A DNA stretch of 64,000 bases from Styela clava. Lineage: Eukaryota. The notes below the pieces were generated by a model that was given only the letters and a program-made list of their open reading frames with translations, had not been told where the DNA came from and did no database searches. The DNA lies in assembly GCF_964204865.1 (NCBI RefSeq), contig NC_135257.1, positions 11,346,001 to 11,410,000 on the forward strand, in the 5' to 3' direction. The translations under genes and the position numbers were made by a program. Shown in pieces: positions 13,959-24,372 of this stretch (position 1 is its first letter; each line of letters starts with the position of its first letter).

Positions 13959-14288
13959 TTGTTACTTATCGATCTTGATCGGTAAGTATGTTGATAGGAA
14001 TTTGTCTTTTTTTTTGTCTGTCTGTTAGACGTATATATTTACGGTTAGACACTTTCGTATGTTACGCGATATCTCACGAAAGCAACGTTAAATCTGCTCC
14101 TAATTTTGCATGTACATTCATCATATCATATCCACCAGAAGCCTATTGATTTTGGATGAATTATGTCGTATATTTGGCTCGGTAATAATTAAATAGTGAT
14201 GGGACAAGCGGTGTCGCTATTGAGTCAGAGCAGAGGATACACGCCGCTAGATCGATAAGTCGGCGGTCTCTGATCGCTATCTCGTTTT
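13959..14288 (+). mobile_element. Helentron-associated non-autonomous element (DINE-1/HINE-like)
   Basis: 5' subTIR ACTTATCGATC (13964-13974); adjacent partial inverted copy GATCGGTAAGT (13977-13987); short GTCT repeat; 3' subTIR GATCGATAAGT (14250-14260); stem-loop GCGGTC-TCT-GATCGC; T-rich flanks. Confidence 0.7.
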
Positions 14289-15696
14289 TCCAGTTAAGAA
14301 TGGATGAGAAAGTAGTTCGCCATTATTCATGTTCCAACTTCAGTGACTATGATATAGTTTCCAATGGATATAAATCATAATGTGAGCCGTAGACATGAAA
14401 TTTCGGCAATATACAGCATCAAATAGCGTTTTATGTTTTCTGTCGCGTGCTCATAAATCAAAGTTTATGTGGCCCGCAGCTTCATTATCTGTGGCCCGCA
14501 GCTTCATTATCTGTGGCCCGCTTCGCATTCGGAGTGAAATCAAAAATCGCATTTAATGTTGTTTCATCGTAAAATTAACCAGAAAAATCTTTTGACATAT
14601 TGTAATATCACCAACGCCATTGAATTGACTAGTGTTATGGCTAGCTGAGGCAACTAGTGCGTCTCGAGCATCGACATCGTATCTTCGCAGAGCGATTGTT
14701 TGTTCGGCGAGTTGAGACTCATGCGACCGTCGGCTCACATTCATGAATATATATATAAGTGTTACTGTCACGTCTCAAGGTTTTAATTAATATGTTTGAA
14801 AATACGCGTTCAACATCAAAAAAATTGATAAACGCCAACAAAGGCGCATTTATTTCATCGTCGTATTTATGTGGATCCGGGTTTTCAATATTGAAAACTA
14901 CAAAAACGATATATCGAAGTAGGCTGGATGTAAGAAACACGTTACGTGTATCACTGTCGACCGTATCTCAAAATTGGAAACAGTTAATGGCCAGTGAACA
15001 AATGAAGATTTCGCATTAAATAGCATAACCTACGTTTTTGAATAAACTGGCAACATATATTTTTCAACGCGTGTAATTTATTACATAGGCTTTGGCTCAT
15101 TTGTATAAAAGTGGACCGTCAGCATGACGTTATTATTTAATTCGTAAACGCTTTTACGTTAGTGTTTCTCTCCCTAAATCACAAATTTCTCCCAAATTTA
15201 TGCCACGATAACCATGATAATTACATTATTTTTGTATTCGCACAGAATTGTGAATCCGGTGAGAGTTATTATACATTCATCAGCGGCGAGATGCTGAAGA
15301 CAACCAAGGAGTGAATTCTCCACGCATTTCTCGACGAACTTCTTCGATGGAAAAGTGACAATATAAAATACTAAAAATGAAACGGTAAACAATATAAGTT
15401 TTGTTGTAGGAGGCTCGGGACAGATTAAAAATGCTTCTCTATGCATTGGGGATCGCAAAATTTCGTGTGCCTACGGCACACATTATCTTTGGTCACTAAA
15501 ATCGAAACAGACCATTGTGCGTTGGATTTATCTTTTTATCCATCACTTTAATTAAATTGCCGTCTAACAGTTTCGTGTTAACATTATACAAGGTTGGAAA
15601 AGCAACTTTTTCCGGGTTGTGATGATATATAAGATGATTAATCTGAAGTATATTCAATCAAATTTCATTGCACTAACATTTATTTTACTTCGTCAG

Positions 15697-16110
15697 ATTG
15701 TATACCAAATTTACCGATTGTTACAAACGGTTATCTTTAAAATAATCGGAGTGGCAGGCTGGCAGCATTACGTTAGAGCGGAGTCAGTGTTGCAGTTACA
15801 GCGCTAACATAAATTTTACTTTGTGAGATTTTATATCAGATTTACCGATTTTTACAAACGGTTAGTCTTTGAAATAATCGGAGTGGCGGCATTGCGTTAG
15901 AGCGGAGTCAGTGTTGCAGTTAGGCTACAGCTCAGATTTATCGGATTCGCAAAATGGCGAAAATACGGATCAAAACAAGATATAATCGGGCAGTTTACCA
16001 CACCTTTTTGATGTTTATGTCCGCGGGTTACCGTGATATTTTGAAGTGGCGAAGCTTTAATTTTGTTGACGCAACCGCAGGTAAAATTGAAGAGAATTGA
16101 ATTAATAAAG
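15697..16110. repeat. ~130-bp tandem duplication followed by a dispersed repeat also present at ~62765-62925
   Basis: ATTTACCGATT.TTACAAACGGTTA...GTTAGAGCGGAGTCAGTGTTGCAGTTA twice; CAGCTCAGATTT..ATCAAAACAA.ATATAATCGGGCA shared with 62765+. Confidence 0.7.
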
Positions 16111-16496
16111 CAAGACATTTTGAATATACCCGTATCGGTCATGGATTGATTACTTTCCACAACAGAAAAATCATTATTTGTTGAAAAAGTCGGCTCTTTT
16201 AATAATTTTTTTTCTTTTAATGGCGACTGTAATTATCACGGCGTCTGTTCCGCGTGTATTTCGATGCGATGTAGCCTACATGTATTTTTGATTTACTAAT
16301 AAACCTTATATATATTTTCATTGTACGAAATTAAATTGTACTCTACGGGATTTTATATTAGATTTTGAGATTTTCTTACGGCGATAACGATTTCACAAGA
16401 TTGCAAAAATATGTATCAGAACTAAATACGATTAGGTACCGCAGATTATATCATATTTTTTATGTCTACAGGTTGTCGCGGTATTTTAGAGGAGTA

Positions 16497-17468
16497 GGGG
16501 AAGGTGGGGTACGTTGGGACATGGGGCACAGTGGAAAATCAGCTATCACACTGATACTAATTCCGCAATCCTGTCCGCGGCTCGATGTTCCAATCCGCCC
16601 TTCGGTGAGTTACAACGTCCCCGCGAACGGACAACGGACGGGTAGAGCGGCGCAAGCTATGGGGTGAAATTGGTTTTGGGAGGTTGAAAAAAAAATTTCA
16701 TCGTTCCAGTTTTTTCTTTTTTTTAGTTTAGCCTTTCCAACGAGACAAACCATCGTCTGATATTCTTTAGCGTCAGTCCACTGTAAAATATTCCGAACGT
16801 TAGCGATTGGCTGTGCCTTCCGAATTTTGCCGTGGGATGGTCTGAAAGTATTTGTTTCCTATGAGGAACAATGGACCGGGGTTCAGTGGGACATGCTCTA
16901 CAGGGCACAATTCGACAGTGTTTGATACAATAAGTGCTTAGAGACCTAGAGATGCGTTATATTTTATGTAATATAATGGTTTCTTTCGACCCATGGCCCA
17001 ATATGGAATATATTCGAGAATCAATAATATTTCCAGATTTAGATTCGAGGAAGGAAATAATCAAATTTTTTTGCAAAATTTTTTGTCAAAATATCTGAAC
17101 TATTTCAGTTGAACATTGATTTTAAAAATATTAAATCTTCAAATTCGAAGTCTCCCCGTACTTTAGACGATTATGCTGATTAATTGCTTATTTTTAAGGG
17201 CATACTTCGTTGAATTTTGACAGACTGACCCATTGTGCCCCAGGGTCTGTCCGATTGTGCCCCACAAGTGGGGTACAGTGGGACACTTGACGTTTTTCAA
17301 AGCATTTTGGTAGTAAGATGTGTGTCGCAAGGGAATTTCTTTGTTGCTGAATAAAAACTACATTTACCCCTCTATGCATTAGTCCCGCAAACTTAAGAGA
17401 ATATGCAGAATTAACGGCTCAAAATATGCAAAAGAAAAAAAGTGTCCCAACCTTCCCCACTTTCCCTC
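16497..17468. mobile_element. TA-flanked MITE (Tc1/mariner-pogo-like, G-rich TIR)
   Basis: TA|GGGGAAGGTGGGGTACGTTGGGACA ... TGTCCCAACCTTCCCCACTTTCCCTC|TA, plus internal copies of GGGT.CAGTGGGACA. Confidence 0.75.
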
Positions 17469-18066
17469 TACTGTTTTTATTTTGACAGAAGAAGACGCAA
17501 CCGCGAGTTATGTTGGGCTGAATTAAATTAATATATAAGCACATTTTAGGTTCTTGTAGTTGTAATGGATTAAGTATTTTACGCGACAGAAAAATCATTT
17601 TACGCTGAGAAGGCCGCTCTTTAAACGAGCTCGTAATCGCGGCGACTGTTTCCGACGGGGATGCGAATTTCTCATTTTTAACCAATATGTGATAATTGAT
17701 GTGATTCTGAATGTACTCAACTAATAGCCTATTGGACGATAACGACAATAATAAAAGCAGCGTGAAAAGTTAACAACAACGAATGAAGTGAAATGCAACA
17801 AAAGCATTCCACGTCCTGGCATTCCAAATTTAGTTTTCATCAAAATCCCTGTGCTTTGTGAACTTATACTGTGTAAGTGTAAACAGTATTTTTTATGGAA
17901 TCTATCATCAAATATCCGTTACATCTGACGTTCGACTGTTCACGTTATCCTCAGCTTCGATCAGTTTTCCATGATAAACTTCACGCAGACCAGCATGATC
18001 TGATGCCAAAGTGACTATAGTCAATTTGTCTGATGCGAACTGATTCATATCGTATCGGTACTGTAT

Positions 18067-18297
18067 GGTGGCCCATCGTTGTCACGTGTAAAATTTGAAA
18101 AAAAAAAATGATAAAATAAAATGAAAAAGCGAAAATAAAAAAATAGATGTGAAAAAACATAAAAATAATTGAAAAAAAGAAATAAAAAAAAATTGAAATT
18201 AAAAAAAAAAAATTGAAAAAAAAAACAAAAAAAATTGAAATTAAAAAAAAAAAATTGAATAAAAAGAAAATAAAAAGGTTGACAACGATGGTCCGCC
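18067..18297. repeat. A-rich low-complexity tract bracketed by an 18-bp inverted repeat
   Basis: GGTGGCCCATCGTTGTCA ... TGACAACGATGGTCCGCC (16/18); a third copy GTGGCCCATCGTTGTGAC follows at ~18300. Confidence 0.7.
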
Positions 18298-18875
18298 TCG
18301 TGGCCCATCGTTGTGACGCGTTTTTATTTTTGAAAAATTTGATGCTGCTTGGGACCAACGTTGTCAGGCTTAATCCTACACGCACAAATGTGTTTCCTTG
18401 GTTTCTAACTCACTACTGATTTTCATGAGCAATATCCAATAAATTCAACATGAAAATGTTCTATAAATTCTCCATACTACAAGTTCAACCACAAGCAATA
18501 TATTTATAATAATGATAAGAGAATATAGAATTGGATACGAAAATTTGTTTTCACGTGTAGAAGGTAATTTAATTGGAAAATGCTGCTTAACTGCGTAGTT
18601 GTCTGGACACTCGTGCGATGCCGGTACGGTACCGTCTGACCGTACCGGTACCCATGCAATCACTCATGAAAGAATGGGAGATACGGATAGTCTCGTAGAA
18701 TATAGTCTACTGAAACACTCTCTGCGCCTGCCCCATACCGTACAGCCGTAACGTACCGATCCAGACAAATGATAAATCGCCCGTGCTAGATTTGGGATTA
18801 GGTTTCATGTTTAGGTAGATATAATTCCCCATGATAAACTTGTATATGGTACATGACTTTGTGAATATAGCGGTA

Positions 18876-19396
18876 ATGGACCTTTCCCCGACCTCTGACC
18901 CCCGGAAATTCTTCCTATACTTTACCATTGCAAAATTTTTGGGGCTATTTTAAGAGTGCTTTTGCGAGTTGGTGCCTGTAAAATGGGGTATGTGTTTCTA
19001 ATCATCATTATAATTCATCGCATACAACAATCTGTTTTTTTAAAGTACCGGTAAAGGATTTCAAGCTAGTCTATTACAGCTATTTCTACACTAATTTTTA
19101 TTACTGCAATTAAATTAAAACTCCTGGGAAGACAGAGTGATCATTGAATTATCTGATTTATATTCAAGTTTCCGAAACACAACTAAAAACTCACGAATAG
19201 AGTTTAAAAACGCGAAAACGAGGTAATGTTTACAACCACGCTTGAAAATCTGTCTGAGTAAGAAAAATGTCTGGGCGGATGCGAAAAGTATAAGTATATA
19301 AGTATAAGGGGGCATTGTTACGTCACTTTTTGCAACTTGCTGATTGGCCAATGTCACGAAGTAAACAAGAAAGTCGATACTCGGGGAAAGGTCCAT
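18876..19396. mobile_element. Unclassified ~520-bp MITE; second copy at 44634-45133
   Basis: Perfect 16-bp TIR ATGGACCTTTCCCCGA / TCGGGGAAAGGTCCAT; high identity to 44634-45133. Confidence 0.85.
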
Positions 19397-19886
19397 GGCG
19401 CCATAAAACCATGGCATGAGACGCCGCGGTTCGTTCGTGGCAGAAACCGCCATGAAGTGGTAAGAACTGCTCGGGCGCACGATGCTCCACACCGCCCACC
19501 CCCAACAAGGATTGATAGTTCGCTAGTTGCAGGCAGCCTGGTTTTGTGGTAATTGTCTTTGACAGTTTAAGTAATTTAAGCAGTACCGGTACCGGTATGT
19601 CACTACTAGGCTCTCGCCAGGTGCAGCACGACTGTGCTGTACGGAATCGTACCGGTATCATTAATTTATTGAATTCAATGAAACTAATTATTTTGGCGAA
19701 TGATTGTTTAGTACCGGTACCGGTACCGTACGGGGGTACGGGGGTACCAGTCAGACGGTGTACAGTCCCGGTACATGGTACAGCTGTACAGTACAGTGAT
19801 AGGTACCGGTACCGGTACCGTACTGTCAGACTGTACGGGGTGAGCGTGGTCTAACCATTTTCGCATATGTTATTCCTAGGCGCGCG

Positions 19887-20925
19887 CGGCGGTGTGGCTC
19901 ATCGTGCTAAGTGTTAGGAATACGCTCACCATCACACCTCTGATTACTTTGCGTGGGTTGGCAGGTTCGCAGGTATGATTAGGTGTGTGAGGATTGCTGG
20001 ACTCCTCCTGCACAATCATGCGATGTTCTTTTTTTCATTTGTAATTTTTATTCTTTGATTGATACCACCACCACCCTATATGCAAATTAAAACAGCGTTT
20101 ATTGGCGCCTTGGCCGATTATAATATGACAGTATGATGCAATATCGTCCAAATCTCCGTGTATGCTATCAGATTCACAAAATGGATAGGAATTCACCATT
20201 TTTATAGATGGATTTTCGTATGCCTCGGTGAAAATTATTGAAGATGCTGTTATAAATAGTCTGAAGTGTTTATATGTACTATATAGCTTTGGAAATATGG
20301 TATTTTAAATTTTTCACCCATTCAGAAATTGCCTCATTGTCACGATTTGATTCTTGTCTAACATAAAGTAAAATTAAATTTGAGGAAATTATAATTGGCC
20401 CTACGCCCTTCTTATTCTTTCTCTTTTTTTTCACATTTTTTATTCCTATTAAAAAACATTATGATCTGCGAAATTATGTGATGTTCCCGTTTCTTGTTCC
20501 TTGTAATTTTTGTTCTTATTTCTGTACTTTTGGGGAATTGATTTCTGAGGCCTCCTAAACGGGCTTAAAACTCAAAAATTTATTATCCTCTTATTGTAAT
20601 TATGATGCCTGCTTTAGAGTGTCCTGTCCTGGTAGAATCTCTCCTTAGGGGTCGGTTGACCTTTGAATTCTTGTCCATCCTCGTCCGTATATATTTTTAT
20701 GCCTATTGTTGTTTGCTATGCTTACTGTATTATGTACTTGTATCGGAAATAAATCATTATCTATCGCCGCCGTAGGGTGGTTCACGTAACTGCTGGTCGG
20801 TTACGGCTTCCTCCAAGTTCATGCTTCCGAAAAACAAATCACTAATCCCTAACTGACATGGAAATGGTAACCGGACGAGAGGTTGTGGTTCGCCATATGG
20901 ATAAAGATATGTAAATCCTATCCTA
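19887..20925 (+). mobile_element. tRNA-derived SINE split by a ~760-bp insertion (about 20008-20765)
   Basis: Head GGCGGTGTGGCTCATCGTG (A-box-like) ... GGTTCG (B-box-like) to 20007. Body resumes at 20766 (GCCGTAGGGTGGTTCAC...GGTAACCGGACGAGAGG) and matches a copy at ~43044-43215. Confidence 0.6.
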
Positions 20926-21111
20926 GACCCCACCTTACTACGCCAATGTAAAATCTCGTCATAGAGCCATATTACTGTTACAGGTACCGGTAGGTAAATG
21001 CAGAAATGTGTGTCTACTGACAGACATGCCTGAATTCTGAGATTAGTCACAAAAGAGGCCCATACAAAAAGTAGATGGAGGCTGGCACTAGAGAACATAA
21101 AGTCTTTGCAA

Positions 21112-22275
21112 TTCCACAGGTCTCCAATTCCAAAAATAGATTTCACATTAAAATACATCACTTATGACAGTGAGTGCAAACCCCTCCTTTACGGGACAGT
21201 CTGTGCCTCCATATCGGCAAAATTCACAGCGCAATAAACTAAAAGAAAGTGTGATCTAAAGACGCCACCATCGGATCCATTGGAAAAAAAATAAACCGAA
21301 TTACAGAATAAAAAAAAAATATTATATCGTTTAAGCGTGCGCGTAACGTTCAAGTGTCTTAGCAAAAAACTCAATTTCGAATATGTGATGGCCGCGATTG
21401 ATTTAGATTATTTTCGAGACAAGCAGGGCACGATCTGCCATCGTGCCAGACGTCCACGTTTCAGAGATAAATAAGGTTTTTATTTTATTGAACCAAATAT
21501 CGGGATATCTTGGAATCAGAAATATGTGCCCTACTGAATTCATGTAGTCACCGAGAAAAGAGATGTAGCCTACCTACCCTTTGTTGATGTCACCAACATA
21601 AGTAGACAACTCAATACAGACACATAAAATAAAGACTGCCAGGGCTCTCTATCAATCCCTGGCCTTGACATTCCTAATTTGTCTAAATTGTACTCTGGAA
21701 AGCGCAGAAATTACTGACTAACAATTTCAAGTTGCAAAAATGACATTTTATATGAAAAAGGTTGAATTCTAAAATATCCAAATTCACAGTCACAATGAAA
21801 TACTGTTAGTGAATCGACTCTGCAATATTTCATACGTTTTAAGTGACCTGAGAAAATCTCAGATATTGTTTTTATTTCATACACGTTCAGTACGGCACAG
21901 TTCTCTGATTCCAAGAATAGCCCCCACATTAAGAGACATCAATTATAACAGTGAATGCAACCCCCTCTTTTATGAGACAATCTGGGCCTTCATATCGGCA
22001 CAAAAGAGCACACCGGCACCGCACAATAAACTAAAAAGAAGTGCAATCCTCAAAACATCATCATTGGACACCCCGGAAAAAAATAGTTCGATTTATCAAA
22101 GGAAATAAATTTTATCAGAATATCACGCACGTTGCTATTGATTTAAATTATCATTGAGACAAGCATGACGTGATCTGCCTGCCGTAGTGTCAAACACCCT
22201 CATTCAGATACATATATTGTTATTTTTATTGAATCAAATGTCGGAACATCTTGGAATTTAAGCACTGTGTCCTAC
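21112..22275. mobile_element. Two diverged copies of a ~390-420-bp MITE (about 21112-21534 and 21890-22275)
   Basis: Copy 2 TIRs GTACGGCACAGTTCTCTGATTCCAAGA / TCTTGGAATTTAAGCACTGTGTCCTAC; interiors of the two copies align. Confidence 0.65.
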
Positions 22276-22490
22276 ATACATTCAATTTCACAATAAATTG
22301 AATGGCGAAAATCAGAACATGTCCAGTAAAACAAGGTGTATTGCAACCTTAATTTTTACTATTCATTGATTGGCAATCATGCATCCTAAATAAAATGGTG
22401 CATATTTAATAGTTCTAACCTTATCTCTAATTAACAAACCATACTTTTGATATAGTATTGGCATTTGTATAATACAGTAACATTATTGCA

Positions 22491-23777
22491 ATGGACTTGA
22501 AAGATTGTTTCTTACAATTTCCTGATGTGAAGCCTGTGGATCATGCTAAAAATTGTCCAAGATACACAAATATCGTTAATCGGCATAAAGATGATGGAGT
22601 ATCATTGGATGAATTAGATTCTTTACAAATGGAGTTGGAACAACTACTTGCCGCTGCATCACAAAGGATGAGACAATTGAACTCGGAGATTGGCATATTG
22701 TCAGACCTACAAGACAATAAAAAAGACAAAAAAGTTTCCAGAGGCAAAGATACTGAGCATAAGCGCTCTCGAATAGTTGAAGATCGTCCAGTCAAAAAGA
22801 TGAAAACATCAGACTCATCATCTCATATTCATGCTATAAAACCCTTATTTCATTTGAATAGTTCAACGTCATCACCAAGTGGTGCTGGCAGGTCGAAGGC
22901 AAAAGGCTCTCGCATTGAAACAGAAACAAATGACGAATTACCCGTTTTACAAAGGAATGCTGAAGTTCCTAATAAGTTTTGGCAAATGGTTGATACATAC
23001 TGTGGGCCCATACCACAAGAAACAATTTCGCTTTTAGAGAAAATGGAAAAACCAATTTCTGAGGAATATTTTGAAATTCCCCCTCTTGGCAAACATTTCA
23101 GTCAAGTTTGGGCAGAAGAAGATTTGGCAATGGAGGAAAAAGAAGGGGGTAGAATTGGAAAAAATAATAGTAATACTGAGTCATCTATTCAGAGGATAAT
23201 GAAAAAAACAGCAGAAAATTTGAATGATGCAGAACCATGCCCATATGGGTCACTTACCCAGCGATTGGTTTCTGCTTTCGTGCAAGAAAATATAATAGCG
23301 CCACTGGATTCTGGTCTTGCCAATGATGGAAAAGCATTTGAAGCTCTTACGAACAATGACCAAAATGTTGCTTCCAAAAATGGCAAGGCATCTAGTTCTC
23401 CCCATACCACAAAACTGGAGGCCCGAATAAAGGCTGAACTATATGAACAAGGTCTTATTGATCATTTTTCTGAAAATGATAAAGATGAAGATGAAGTTCT
23501 TTTGGAACTGAAACGATGTCAACAAGAATTGAGGGCAATAGGTGATAGAAATAGGACAATTGTTTCACAACTTTTGAAACTTTCCAGAGATGATATGAAA
23601 AAACAAGAATTGAGAAAAAATATTGAAATAACAAACATTGAAGTTACTGAACATTACAGAAAGGTTTTTGCTGCTCGACAGAAAAAAAGAAATTTGATGA
23701 AAAAGGAAAAAGAAAGTGCATTGAAAGCTATAAAAGAACGAGAAAGTTTGGTCAAACAGTTAGAACAATTGAACTGA
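22491..23777 (+). CDS. TADA3: Transcriptional adapter 3 (SAGA/ATAC HAT module subunit), single exon, 428 aa
   Basis: Motifs CPRYT..., SLDELDSLQMELEQLL, PNKFWQMVDTYC, IPPLGKHFSQVWAEEDL, CPYGSLTQRLVSAFVQENII match the recalled human TADA3. Confidence 0.95.
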   Translation: MDLKDCFLQFPDVKPVDHAKNCPRYTNIVNRHKDDGVSLDELDSLQMELEQLLAAASQRMRQLNSEIGILSDLQDNKKDKKVSRGKDTEHKRSRIVEDRPVKKMKTSDSSSHIHAIKPLFHLNSSTSSPSGAGRSKAKGSRIETETNDELPVLQRNAEVPNKFWQMVDTYCGPIPQETISLLEKMEKPISEEYFEIPPLGKHFSQVWAEEDLAMEEKEGGRIGKNNSNTESSIQRIMKKTAENLNDAEPCPYGSLTQRLVSAFVQENIIAPLDSGLANDGKAFEALTNNDQNVASKNGKASSSPHTTKLEARIKAELYEQGLIDHFSENDKDEDEVLLELKRCQQELRAIGDRNRTIVSQLLKLSRDDMKKQELRKNIEITNIEVTEHYRKVFAARQKKRNLMKKEKESALKAIKERESLVKQLEQLN

Positions 23778-24372
23778 TTTATATTCAACGCACAGTTACA
23801 GATTATAAGTTTGGTTTGAATCTAATTGGACTCGTGGTAAACATACCCATGCACACAACCTCTATCGTGTATGGGGATGTTGAAATATCAATACCGGTAA
23901 TTAGAATTCAATTAATCTAAATGGTCTATTTTTACAATAACGTGTTTCATATTTTAAACAATCATGACATTTCCCTGACAATGGTAAATTTTTTGAGTAA
24001 TCTTATATGCATTTTGTTTATCAAAACTAAACATACCATGGTCATTTTGAATAGATGCTGAGTAATTTGGTTTGTCAATTGTTCCTGCAATATCTTGTAT
24101 CACAACTTACGAGTTGTAGTTTAAAACCCTAATTTGAAAAGACATGAGAACTCATTAATATGATATTATGTGATGTGAGTATGTATTATTTTCTATTACT
24201 GTTGTTTCTCTATCTTTGCAAATTACACATTGTTGGAATTTTGAGAAAAATTGACTTTTTTTGGTAAAACAGAAACCTTTTTTTCTTTCCTAATGTTTAT
24301 TCGTTTATCTTTTTTATACAGCAGAAATTTTGGTAAAAGTTAAATTACATTCGTAACTCTAATTTTTCGACT

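Noticed and set aside
17981-18419. F-rich and K-rich ORFs
   Set aside because: Translations of the poly(A)/poly(T) low-complexity tract
19546-19854. 102-aa ORF rich in VPVP/YRYR
   Set aside because: By-product of TACCGG repeats; no splice or homology support
19887-19975. tRNA gene
   Set aside because: Only A/B-box-like motifs with no cloverleaf, and continuous with a multi-copy SINE body
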